NCBI GenBank assembly: GCA_036679605.1
Contig: JAZDCZ010000068.1
Span: 1-42,308 of the forward strand
Length of the DNA: 42,308 nt
Source of the DNA: Gemmatimonadota bacterium
GTDB taxonomy: Bacteria; Gemmatimonadota; Gemmatimonadetes; Gemmatimonadales; GWC2-71-9
Direction of reading: 5' to 3'
Shown here: positions 1-6,673 of the stretch, piece after piece
Numbering within the stretch: position 1 is the stretch's first letter
How the letters are laid out: every line of letters begins with the position of its first letter
Position numbers and translations under genes: made by a program
Notes under the pieces: model-generated
What the model was told of the DNA's origin: nothing
The model's database searches: none
Seen by the model: only the letters and a program-made list of their open reading frames with translations

Positions 1-149
1 TCTGGCCGCCGCAGCCTCCTTTTGTCCCCAGGGCGACGAACTCAGGGGAACGGCGGCACAGCTGGAAGCCCGGCGTACCGCTGACAGACAGATTACGAAG
101 GGGGCTCTGAATCTAGGGGCCCGGTAGCACTCAAACACAGGAGGCAGGC

Positions 150-410
150 ATGCAGCATCAAGCAATGAATCGGGCACACGCAATCTGCGTCAACTATGCG
201 AATGCGCAGTTGCAGCTGGATGCCGGCGTCAACGATGCCGATCTGGATCTCGCCATCTCGGTCCAAGAAGCAAAGTGGTTGGGACTGAGCGCACCAGATG
301 CTGGCATGCCGGCTGAGTTTGCTGACAAGCCGGACTTGGCTGATGCATGGAGCGATGGTGTCAGCTTCGCAGTTGCAGCGGCAATGGAAAAGGCGCACGC
401 ATCATGCTGA
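150..410 (+). CDS. hypothetical leading-region protein (86 aa, acidic/Ala-rich)
   Basis: ORF with strong SD AGGAGG just upstream of the ATG; overlaps the next ORF start. Confidence 0.65.
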   Translation: MQHQAMNRAHAICVNYANAQLQLDAGVNDADLDLAISVQEAKWLGLSAPDAGMPAEFADKPDLADAWSDGVSFAVAAAMEKAHASC

Positions 411-745
411 CATCAACGGCGGTTTCGACACAAGTCGACGTGGGCAAACTGTCGGAGCGTGCGCTTCGCCGACTGCGGATTACTGCCCGTGTGCTTCAAC
501 AGCGCGGGATGCGGTTCAGTGCCGACCGCAAGAAGGCGGTGGGCGAAGTTCTCGATGCCGCAAGGCAGCAGGCAGACGCCCAGGAACTCAAAAGCATTGT
601 CGACTGGCTGGAGGCTTTCGAGTCTACCCCGCCCACACGAACAGTCGACGATGCGCAACGGTGGTGGCAACGATCCGCTGAAGCGCTCAGAGCACAAGGG
701 ACGTATGAGCTGATCGCAAGCGGCGCAAGGTGGGGCCAACCATGA
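404..745 (+). CDS. hypothetical helical protein (113 aa)
   Basis: Internal ATG at 404 of ORF 347..745 overlaps the previous stop; ATGA coupling to the next gene. Confidence 0.6.
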   Translation: MLTSTAVSTQVDVGKLSERALRRLRITARVLQQRGMRFSADRKKAVGEVLDAARQQADAQELKSIVDWLEAFESTPPTRTVDDAQRWWQRSAEALRAQGTYELIASGARWGQP

Positions 746-1062
746 CTTCCTTGTCTCCCTTCACCCTCTCGCTTTGCGAATGGACCGGCACCGGTTTTGG
801 CTTGGTTGGTGCGGCGCTATTGGCAGCACACATCCGGGTGTCTCGGTACGGCTGGCTTGCGCTCTTGTTGGCCAACTTCGCCATCATTGGGTTGGCACTG
901 GGCATCGAGCGAAACGGGTTGCTTCTGCAGCAAGTTGGCTATGCGATGACCAGCGTCGTTGGAATCTGGCGAGCAGGATTGTGGCCGTCACGGCGTGCCA
1001 GGACCACGGGACAGTTCGCACAATTTGAGGCGAATGACGAAACGGAGCGGAGTGGGCATTGA
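742..1062 (+). CDS. small integral membrane protein (about 3 TM; loosely PnuC-like small membrane family)
   Basis: ATGA overlap at 742-745; hydrophobic segments EWTGTGFGLVGAALLA, GWLALLLANFAIIGLAL and GLLLQQVGYAMTSVVGIWR. Confidence 0.65.
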   Translation: MTSLSPFTLSLCEWTGTGFGLVGAALLAAHIRVSRYGWLALLLANFAIIGLALGIERNGLLLQQVGYAMTSVVGIWRAGLWPSRRARTTGQFAQFEANDETERSGH

Positions 1063-1424
1063 CGGAGGCGGCAAACAGCGAATTCTGGTCGACGGGGGTC
1101 GAGCTGGCACGACTGCTCGACGGAGTGACGAGAGCTTTGCACTCGCGGGAGGTAGCTGCAGGTCCGCTCACTGCAGGCACCGTTTTGCGTCTGGCGAGGC
1201 TGGCCGACCACGCCATGTCAATCAACTTCAATGCTACGGCGGGAGGCGATGCAGTGATGCGCGCCGTGAGCAAGGCGCCTGAGCCCCATCACCTGGCCGC
1301 CTTCAGTTTGGCACGTGAGGTCGCGGCGCATGTCGGTGATTATGTGGGGAACCCGTTCACGAATGATCGACTCCGGTTGGTTTTCGCACGGGAAGCAGTG
1401 TTTCTGAGGGCGGGGGGTTGTTAG
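1059..1424 (+). CDS. hypothetical protein (121 aa)
   Basis: TTG start overlapping the previous stop (TTGA), GGAG upstream; last gene of a coupled run. Confidence 0.55.
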   Translation: MTEAANSEFWSTGVELARLLDGVTRALHSREVAAGPLTAGTVLRLARLADHAMSINFNATAGGDAVMRAVSKAPEPHHLAAFSLAREVAAHVGDYVGNPFTNDRLRLVFAREAVFLRAGGC

Positions 1425-1454
1425 GTGTTTTTCGCAATTTGATTAATGATCGTA

Positions 1455-1472
1455 TTCAATTAATTAATTGAA
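1455..1472. promoter_or_regulatory. perfect 18-bp AT-rich palindrome TTCAATTAATTAATTGAA (candidate operator)
   Basis: Self-complementary sequence read directly in the intergenic region. Confidence 0.4.
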
Positions 1473-1946
1473 CGATGATGCGCGCAGGGTGCGCCTGTGC
1501 CTTCGATTTGAAATGGTAATCGTGTCGTTTGTTGGTTTTATCTGATGCTTATTTTCTGACGCCAAGCATGATGTTTCTGGTTGGCTTGTCTTTTTGAAAG
1601 GCTGGCTTGCAAGAGAGGGGGTGATCTCAGGTAGCGCCCTGGCAGGCCATGCCAGTCGTACTCGCTACTCGGTCCCGCGGGTCGCGCTGGTCGCGCGTCA
1701 TCCGCCCGGGCGCTGGTCAAAGCACCACTTCCCCGCTAGCGGGGCCCCCTGAACTCTTCGTTTGGGGCGCGGACACTCCTAACGCTGGATGCACTCACCT
1801 TTTTATTTCCTGCTATTTAATTAATAGTTTGTGAATCCATTCTTTTAAGATGGTATCCAATTTGAAACCTTGATTGGATGGCCAATCAGGCTTCTTCATT
1901 GCTATTATCTATTGACGCCTATTAATAAATTCAATCATTAAAAAGA

Positions 1947-1975
1947 TAGACGTTTTGAATTACCGTGCGTATAAT
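1947..1975 (+). promoter_or_regulatory. sigma70-type promoter TAGACG-N17-TATAAT
   Basis: -35 at 1947-1952, perfect -10 at 1970-1975, AT-rich upstream, about 30 nt before ATG 2008; AATTCAA/TTGAATT inverted repeat flanks the -35. Confidence 0.65.
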
Positions 1976-2007
1976 TATAATCATCAACAAAACAGGGGGC
2001 CAACATC

Positions 2008-2235
2008 ATGAAACTGATTGCTATCTTCTCTGAATCGCGTAACGCTCTGCAACGCGCAATTGATCAAGAAGCTGTTAATAGCCAAGCCATGTTTAATCGC
2101 CCGGAGATTTCCGAGGCCTCCTCTGGTAACAACGCGATCTACGGTGCACCCGCTGCAGTCATGGCTGTGATTGGCCGCCTGGCCAACTCAGGCCACAAGG
2201 GATTGCTGCACGTTGCGCAGTCGACGGTGCACTGA
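2008..2235 (+). CDS. small hypothetical protein (75 aa)
   Basis: Follows a near-consensus promoter and a G-rich RBS (CAGGGGG). Confidence 0.7.
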   Translation: MKLIAIFSESRNALQRAIDQEAVNSQAMFNRPEISEASSGNNAIYGAPAAVMAVIGRLANSGHKGLLHVAQSTVH

Positions 2236-2334
2236 GCGGCGATCTGCCTGATAAGGGTGCCTGGAGAAGCTCGAACGGGACGAGCTCGGGTGGCGCTACC
2301 AGGAGAAGCAGTCTTGCAATCCTCATGTTGAGGG

Positions 2335-2415
2335 CGTTTAGGCGGGTTCGTCGTCCAGTCATGGTTGATTAACCAACGCTCCCCCGGTGTTATGGGCGGC
2401 GAACCCACCTAAGCG
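2335..2415. repeat. 23-bp imperfect inverted repeat / long hairpin
   Basis: CGTTTAGGCGGGTTCGTCGTCCA (2335-2357) pairs with TGGGCGGCGAACCCACCTAAGCG (2393-2415), 19/23 Watson-Crick. Confidence 0.6.
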
Positions 2416-2437
2416 AAATCAGGACGGATGAGCAGTT

Positions 2438-2659
2438 ATGCGACCAGACGACCGAGTTACTTGGCGCTTCGAGCCCCGGGGAGGCTACGGGTACGTGGTC
2501 CCTGTGGCCGGCATTGTGCGAAAAGTAACGGCTTCCCGTGTGACGATCGAGGTTGCGCGCAAGGTTGATGGGGCATGGGTGCGGGAATTCAAATCGGTGA
2601 AGCCGGAGACTCTTTCGCCGCGAACTGAGGCGGTGTTAGCGCTTGGTGAATCGAACTAG
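2438..2659 (+). CDS. small beta-rich hypothetical protein (73 aa, SH3/KOW-like pattern)
   Basis: ORF with pattern PDDRVTW...AGIVRKVT..RVTIEV; purine-rich RBS. Confidence 0.65.
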   Translation: MRPDDRVTWRFEPRGGYGYVVPVAGIVRKVTASRVTIEVARKVDGAWVREFKSVKPETLSPRTEAVLALGESN

Positions 2660-2668
2660 GGAGAGGAC

Positions 2669-3367
2669 ATGTTCGGCGTGATTCGTGGTGCCTTGTACGG
2701 CGGTTCACCTTGCATGCGGCTGTATCTGGCTGGCTATTCAGGTGTGTGTCTGCCGCGCTGGATGCGAAGCATCCTTGCTGGAAGCGAATGGCATCGAGCA
2801 TGGCTGGCAGGCTATATGGGGCTCTACGAGGAGGGCGACAAGCGCGTTGGCGTCTGCGACCGTGAGGGCTATTGCTACCGGAAGGGTAAGAGCGTGCGGG
2901 GGCCCCATGGCCTACTGCAGATTGCGCATGCCGTCCTGTGGCGCCGGCCGGCTGCCGGCATCACAGATCGGTGCGCCAAGGGTCCAAACCAACCCGGCTA
3001 CGACATGTACGACGCACCCCAAACGGCACTAGATAACTGGTCTGGACAGACCGTTAATGACCTCCCGTTGGACTCGCTGCAGGACTATCCAGAGCTTGCC
3101 GACTCGGACCGATTGCGCGCCACGGTGCCGGCAGTTTTCCGTGGCGAAGTGAGAGGTCCAGCATTGCCCGTCAGCGAGACCAACTCTCTGGAATGCGTGC
3201 GTGAGTCGTTTGAGGTTTTGGCGATCGATGTTGCCGGGAATGCCCTCACGCGTACGACCTTCACCAACACCTATACCGGCGCAGATGGCTGGCGCTACGC
3301 GGTCATCCCAAAGGAGGACGCGTTCGCACAACTAGTGGCGTTTCGTGGGTCAGCGGCGGAAGCTTGA
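2669..3367 (+). CDS. hypothetical protein (232 aa; possibly two fused small domains)
   Basis: Strong SD GGAGAGGA before the ATG; long ORF; a second possible start at MYDAP. Confidence 0.55.
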   Translation: MFGVIRGALYGGSPCMRLYLAGYSGVCLPRWMRSILAGSEWHRAWLAGYMGLYEEGDKRVGVCDREGYCYRKGKSVRGPHGLLQIAHAVLWRRPAAGITDRCAKGPNQPGYDMYDAPQTALDNWSGQTVNDLPLDSLQDYPELADSDRLRATVPAVFRGEVRGPALPVSETNSLECVRESFEVLAIDVAGNALTRTTFTNTYTGADGWRYAVIPKEDAFAQLVAFRGSAAEA

Positions 3368-3398
3368 GCGCATGTAAATCATTTGGCAGGGGGGCAAG

Positions 3399-3593
3399 GT
3401 GGAAAGCATGACTGCTGAGCAATTGGCCAGGTGGATCGACAAGCATCACCCGGCAGAGCCGACGTTGGTAAATGAAGACGGCACATTGACGGTTAGTGTG
3501 GAGTGCTTTCATTCTCCAACTGGGAAACGTTCGGTTGAGCGTAGCGTCATCCCTGCGACTCTCATCGCGGCACGGGATTGGCTGGGGTACTGA
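3399..3593 (+). CDS. small hypothetical protein (64 aa)
   Basis: GTG start after AGGGGGG; ends 1 nt before the next ATG. Confidence 0.6.
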   Translation: MESMTAEQLARWIDKHHPAEPTLVNEDGTLTVSVECFHSPTGKRSVERSVIPATLIAARDWLGY

Positions 3594-3594
3594 C

Positions 3595-3816
3595 ATGGCG
3601 GAAAAAAGCCTGTTTGACCAGCTTCCGCCAGACGACCTTTGTGAGGTCGCGTGGCTTTTGGGGATGAGCGAACCTGACCCCGGCTTTATCTGCTATATGC
3701 GGATGACGCCAGCCCTTCCTGTGCCATTCAGCATGGCTGACGCCGTGCGTGCTTACATGGATTGCATACGCGGAATGCTTTACAACGGAGAGGAGCGTGA
3801 ACTCCGAGCAGTTTGA
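3595..3816 (+). CDS. small hypothetical protein (73 aa, MAEKSLFDQ...)
   Basis: ATG at 3595 directly after the previous stop; overlaps the next gene. Confidence 0.55.
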   Translation: MAEKSLFDQLPPDDLCEVAWLLGMSEPDPGFICYMRMTPALPVPFSMADAVRAYMDCIRGMLYNGEERELRAV

Positions 3817-4330
3817 GCAGCTTGTCGCGAAATCAAAGACCAAAGCGGTCGCGAGATCAATCGCTCGCGCAGTCCTGGTGGACGGCCGCAGCTATACAGA
3901 GGCCGCTCGCGCATTCGGCAGAGGACGCCAGTTCGCTTACCAGGCGTGTCGTCGCCTGCTTGAGAAGCAAAAGGAGGCCGACCAGGTCTATATGTACTCC
4001 GCCGATGCCGCCCGCTTTTGTGCCGTCGCAAGCATCGTCAGGAAAAATGGCGGCCGTGACATGCTGACCGGCCCGCAGTTCGACGTCTTGTTGGTCAAAT
4101 CCAGGCAGTACCCGCGCTCCGTCACTTTGGCAAGAAGCGTGCTTGTGGAGGGGCACGAGATCATGGAGGTGGCCAAGCGATATGCGGTTTCAAGGCATTT
4201 GGTTTGGCAGGCCTGCAATCGTCTGATGAAACGATTTGATCCGTCTGCCGAATCGATCCGCGTATTCAAGGGGCCAGCTGCAATGTTCGTCGAGATCGAC
4301 AGAATTTTGCAGATTTCTGCCGAACAGTAG
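3797..4330 (+). CDS. TrfB/KorA-like HTH transcriptional regulator with two tandem domains
   Basis: GTG after GGAGAGGAG; two repeats of QF..L......AR.VLV(D/E)G....E.A..(F/Y)...R....QAC.RL, the TrfB-type HTH pattern. Confidence 0.75.
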   Translation: MNSEQFEQLVAKSKTKAVARSIARAVLVDGRSYTEAARAFGRGRQFAYQACRRLLEKQKEADQVYMYSADAARFCAVASIVRKNGGRDMLTGPQFDVLLVKSRQYPRSVTLARSVLVEGHEIMEVAKRYAVSRHLVWQACNRLMKRFDPSAESIRVFKGPAAMFVEIDRILQISAEQ

Positions 4331-4682
4331 TCCCGCTCGGCCAGGCCGCCTCATGCCGCATCCCACTCGCCTAGCGTCACAAGAGCCTTGCATGTATCCA
4401 TGCGGGCGACGACGGCGGTCACGTCCCCTGCTTTCGTAACTTCCAACGTACTTCAGCGAACTGGAGCCATGTGCTGGACGCAGATGGCCATGGAAAATTG
4501 CGCATGCGAAAATCCGCACCATTCGTCGGGCGTGGCGCTGAATTCAGTTTCTGGCGGACGACGACCGAGGCTTGATGGCTGTGATGTTGTCGATCTGCCG
4601 ACGTGATACAGGCAGGCGCGGTGGGTGAATCCTTTTCGCGTTGCGCCAAAGGCTCAACCACGGCGCCGACCTTGGTGAAGTG

Positions 4683-4708
4683 ATTTTGAGCAAAGACTTG
4701 CTCAAAAT
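4683..4708. promoter_or_regulatory. 11-bp perfect inverted repeat ATTTTGAGCAA-N4-TTGCTCAAAAT (candidate operator or hairpin)
   Basis: Read directly. Confidence 0.45.
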
Positions 4709-4962
4709 AGGATCGTTCGACTTGTCGCCCGCCGCTTGCGCGACGTGTGACAAATCTCCCGCACAACCGTCCAGGCAATCGGCCATTGCTACGCAATGAC
4801 CGCTCACCCGGACTCAGACTCAAAAGCGCGGTTGCGCTTTCTCGCCCGGCGGGCCAGTTGCCCCGCTATCCAAATTTCCGGCTGTGCCAGCCGGAAATAG
4901 ACCGGTAATCAGCTTTCGCTCCGGCTCCGTTGTCGCCTGCACTCAAGAGGGGACGTATAAAA

Positions 4963-5021
4963 CGCCGATGGCGGGGAAACGCTTCGGGGCGATGCCCCTG
5001 CGCATTTCCCCGCCATCGGCG
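4963..5021. repeat. 17-bp perfect inverted repeat forming a long GC-rich hairpin
   Basis: CGCCGATGGCGGGGAAA (4963-4979) / TTTCCCCGCCATCGGCG (5005-5021), inner GGGGC-GAT-GCCCC. Confidence 0.7.
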
Positions 5022-5055
5022 AAGCGCAACACCACGCGTGGCGTTCTAACACGGC

Positions 5056-5201
5056 GCATTGTCCACAAGCTCCACCGCTCCCCGCTTTCCCCGAGTTGCC
5101 CACAATACACACCATTGTGGACAACTCCAGCGGCGGCCGCCTCTTGCGATTCTCAGTGAATCGCGGTCGGCCGTACGGAGCCGTGGATTTGTGGGCAATG
5201 C
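5056..5201. other. branched hairpin with four DnaA-box-like 9-mers; candidate single-strand initiation (ssi) site
   Basis: TTGTCCACA 5059, TTGCCCACA 5096, TGTGGACAA 5116 and TGTGGGCAA 5190 lie in nested inverted repeats. Confidence 0.5.
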
Positions 5202-5530
5202 TATGCGGTCGCTTCCTCTTGGCGCGGTGAATCTGAAGCGCTTTTTCCGCCAGCCGGCTTCTCGCTAACGCTCGCATCCGTCAGGCCAAAAAGCGCCTTG
5301 ATCTTCGGCATGTGCTTCTTCCAGTCTTCTACGTCGACGCTGTCGAGGCGTTCGCCTTTGAGCAGTTCGCCGATCGCCTTTCTGTTCTTCTCGGCGTTGG
5401 CTCTCTCCTCCTGACGTTTGCGGTCTTTTAGCTCCTGCAGTTTCTTCTCCGCATCGGCGATCTGCTCATCGATACCAACTGCCGGACGACGGCCACGACG
5501 TACCGCCTTGGTTTGATTATTTTCAGTCAT
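5201..5530 (-). CDS. small coiled-coil protein next to oriT (first gene transferred; mobilization-associated type)
   Basis: 109 aa from ATG 5530; basic N-terminus then heptad coil IDEQIADAEKKLQELKDRKRQEER; divergent from trwA across oriT. Confidence 0.7.
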   Translation of the reverse strand: MTENNQTKAVRRGRRPAVGIDEQIADAEKKLQELKDRKRQEERANAEKNRKAIGELLKGERLDSVDVEDWKKHMPKIKALFGLTDASVSEKPAGGKSASDSPRQEEATA

Positions 5531-5557
5531 TGGGGGTTGTCCCATAGTGATGGTGGA

Positions 5558-5638
5558 GTCGGGGAATTCCGATTTCCGTGCGCCGGTGAATCATGGCTTG
5601 CTCACGTGGAAATTGCAATTGCATCGGGATTCCCCGAC
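5558..5638. repeat. 16-bp inverted repeat (15/16) between oriT and the first leading gene
   Basis: GTCGGGGAATTCCGAT (5558-5573) / ATCGGGATTCCCCGAC (5623-5638). Confidence 0.6.
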
Positions 5639-5663
5639 AAGGGGGGGATATGCGTTTTTCCCT

Positions 5664-5790
5664 TTGATTCCGTGAATCAATGGTTCAAACTCTCCCCTGG
5701 GAAAAGGACACACACTACGCACGTAGCGTGCAACACAAAAAACCGTCGCAAGTTCTTGATTTTGCGACAAGTTTTTACGCTAGCGCGCTA
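5664..5790 (-). other. oriT: origin of transfer (MOBF oriT); predicted nic between 5710 and 5709 on the minus strand
   Basis: Minus strand reads GCACG-CTA-CGTGC-GTAGTGTGT^GTCC: a short hairpin followed by TGCGTAGTGTGT, as in R100/F/R388 nic sites; lies upstream of trwABC; other IRs at 5664-5680 and 5745-5768. Confidence 0.8.
5749..5761. promoter_or_regulatory. IHF consensus site in oriT
   Basis: CAAGTTCTTGATT matches YAANNNNTTGATW exactly; IHF is a known component of the F and R388 relaxosomes. Confidence 0.6.
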
Positions 5791-5856
5791 CAATTCAGTG
5801 TGGCTTGCGAGGTGCCCGAGTTTCTACATAAAACGGTTTAAAAACAAATAGTTAGA

Positions 5857-5884
5857 TTGCCTAGCAATTGCTAGCTTTTATCTT
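5857..5884 (+). promoter_or_regulatory. putative trwA promoter TTGCCT-N16-TATCTT containing palindrome CTAGCAATTGCTAG (5861-5874)
   Basis: Promoter-like hexamers about 30 nt upstream of ATG 5917; perfect 14-bp palindrome in the spacer (possible autorepression site). Confidence 0.5.
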
Positions 5885-5916
5885 AAATTTGCCGCCTGGA
5901 TGGGCTGGGAGTTCAA

Positions 5917-6321
5917 ATGCGCGATAGGCAAGTGAATGTGCGATTTAGCGACGATGAGCACGAACAGCTGATGGGGATTGCGAAGTCGCGCGGTGTCAAA
6001 GTGCCAGCAGTTGTCTACGCATTCACGATTGAGGCATTAGCGAAATATGACCGGCAGCACGGTGAAGTGATGGATCGCCTTGATCGTGCATTGGAGTTGC
6101 TTGGAAAGAACAACGTACTGGCCGCCGCCGCCGTGGTTTCAGCTTCCTTGCCGGTCGGAATTGATCCGCTTGCGGACCCTACGTTGCGATCCCAGATGAA
6201 AGGGCATATCAGGATGGCCATTGATCTTGGTGCCAATGTCAGTGAGACCTATGACAAGGGAACGTTCCAGACCGAAACAAGCAATTCCCAAGCAAATGGG
6301 GCTACATCAAGCGAGCGATGA
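5917..6321 (+). CDS. ribbon-helix-helix relaxosome accessory protein (TrwA-like)
   Basis: N-terminal RQVNVRFSDDEHEQLMGIAKSRG RHH pattern; position between oriT and T4CP/relaxase. Confidence 0.75.
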   Translation: MRDRQVNVRFSDDEHEQLMGIAKSRGVKVPAVVYAFTIEALAKYDRQHGEVMDRLDRALELLGKNNVLAAAAVVSASLPVGIDPLADPTLRSQMKGHIRMAIDLGANVSETYDKGTFQTETSNSQANGATSSER

Positions 6322-6322
6322 A

Positions 6323-6673
6323 ATGCTGATTCCTGTTGATCTTGCTTCCGTCAATTCAGTGGCTGATATGCCTGTTGGCGCCTATGCCGCCCGTTGCTTG
6401 GTCTACTCGCCCCAAGGGGGAGATTCCCAGGCCATGTTGTTCGAGTATTCGCATCTGGAATCCGGACAGGTGCGGGGTTGTGATCTGGTGATCATTGATG
6501 CCGATGCAGTTGTTCGCGCCTCCGACTTCGTGCTGCTGCGCGACATGAGCTGGCGTGACAGCTTTGGAGAGAAGGCTGGCAATTTGTTGGAACTTTTCCC
6601 TTCCGGACTAGCGAATTGGACGCTGGTTGAGGAGCGAGACCTGTCGACAATACAGGTCGAGGAGACGCAATGA
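6323..6673 (+). CDS. acidic cytoplasmic hypothetical protein (116 aa) within the Dtr operon
   Basis: ATG 1 nt after the trwA stop; ATGA overlap with the coupling-protein gene. Confidence 0.65.
   Translation: MLIPVDLASVNSVADMPVGAYAARCLVYSPQGGDSQAMLFEYSHLESGQVRGCDLVIIDADAVVRASDFVLLRDMSWRDSFGEKAGNLLELFPSGLANWTLVEERDLSTIQVEETQ

Noticed and set aside
2335..2415. Integron attC site
   Set aside because: Lacks the RYYYAAC...GTTRRRY ends in the right order; no integrase or repeated cassettes
4331..5200. ORF-track calls between the TrfB-like gene and the 5530 gene
   Set aside because: No RBS, low-complexity Arg/Pro composition, and the region is dominated by inverted repeats
5056..5201. DnaA boxes as a vegetative replication origin (oriV)
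   Set aside because: No rep gene, iteron array or AT-rich unwinding element adjacent; the boxes are arranged as nested hairpins, which fits ssDNA function better
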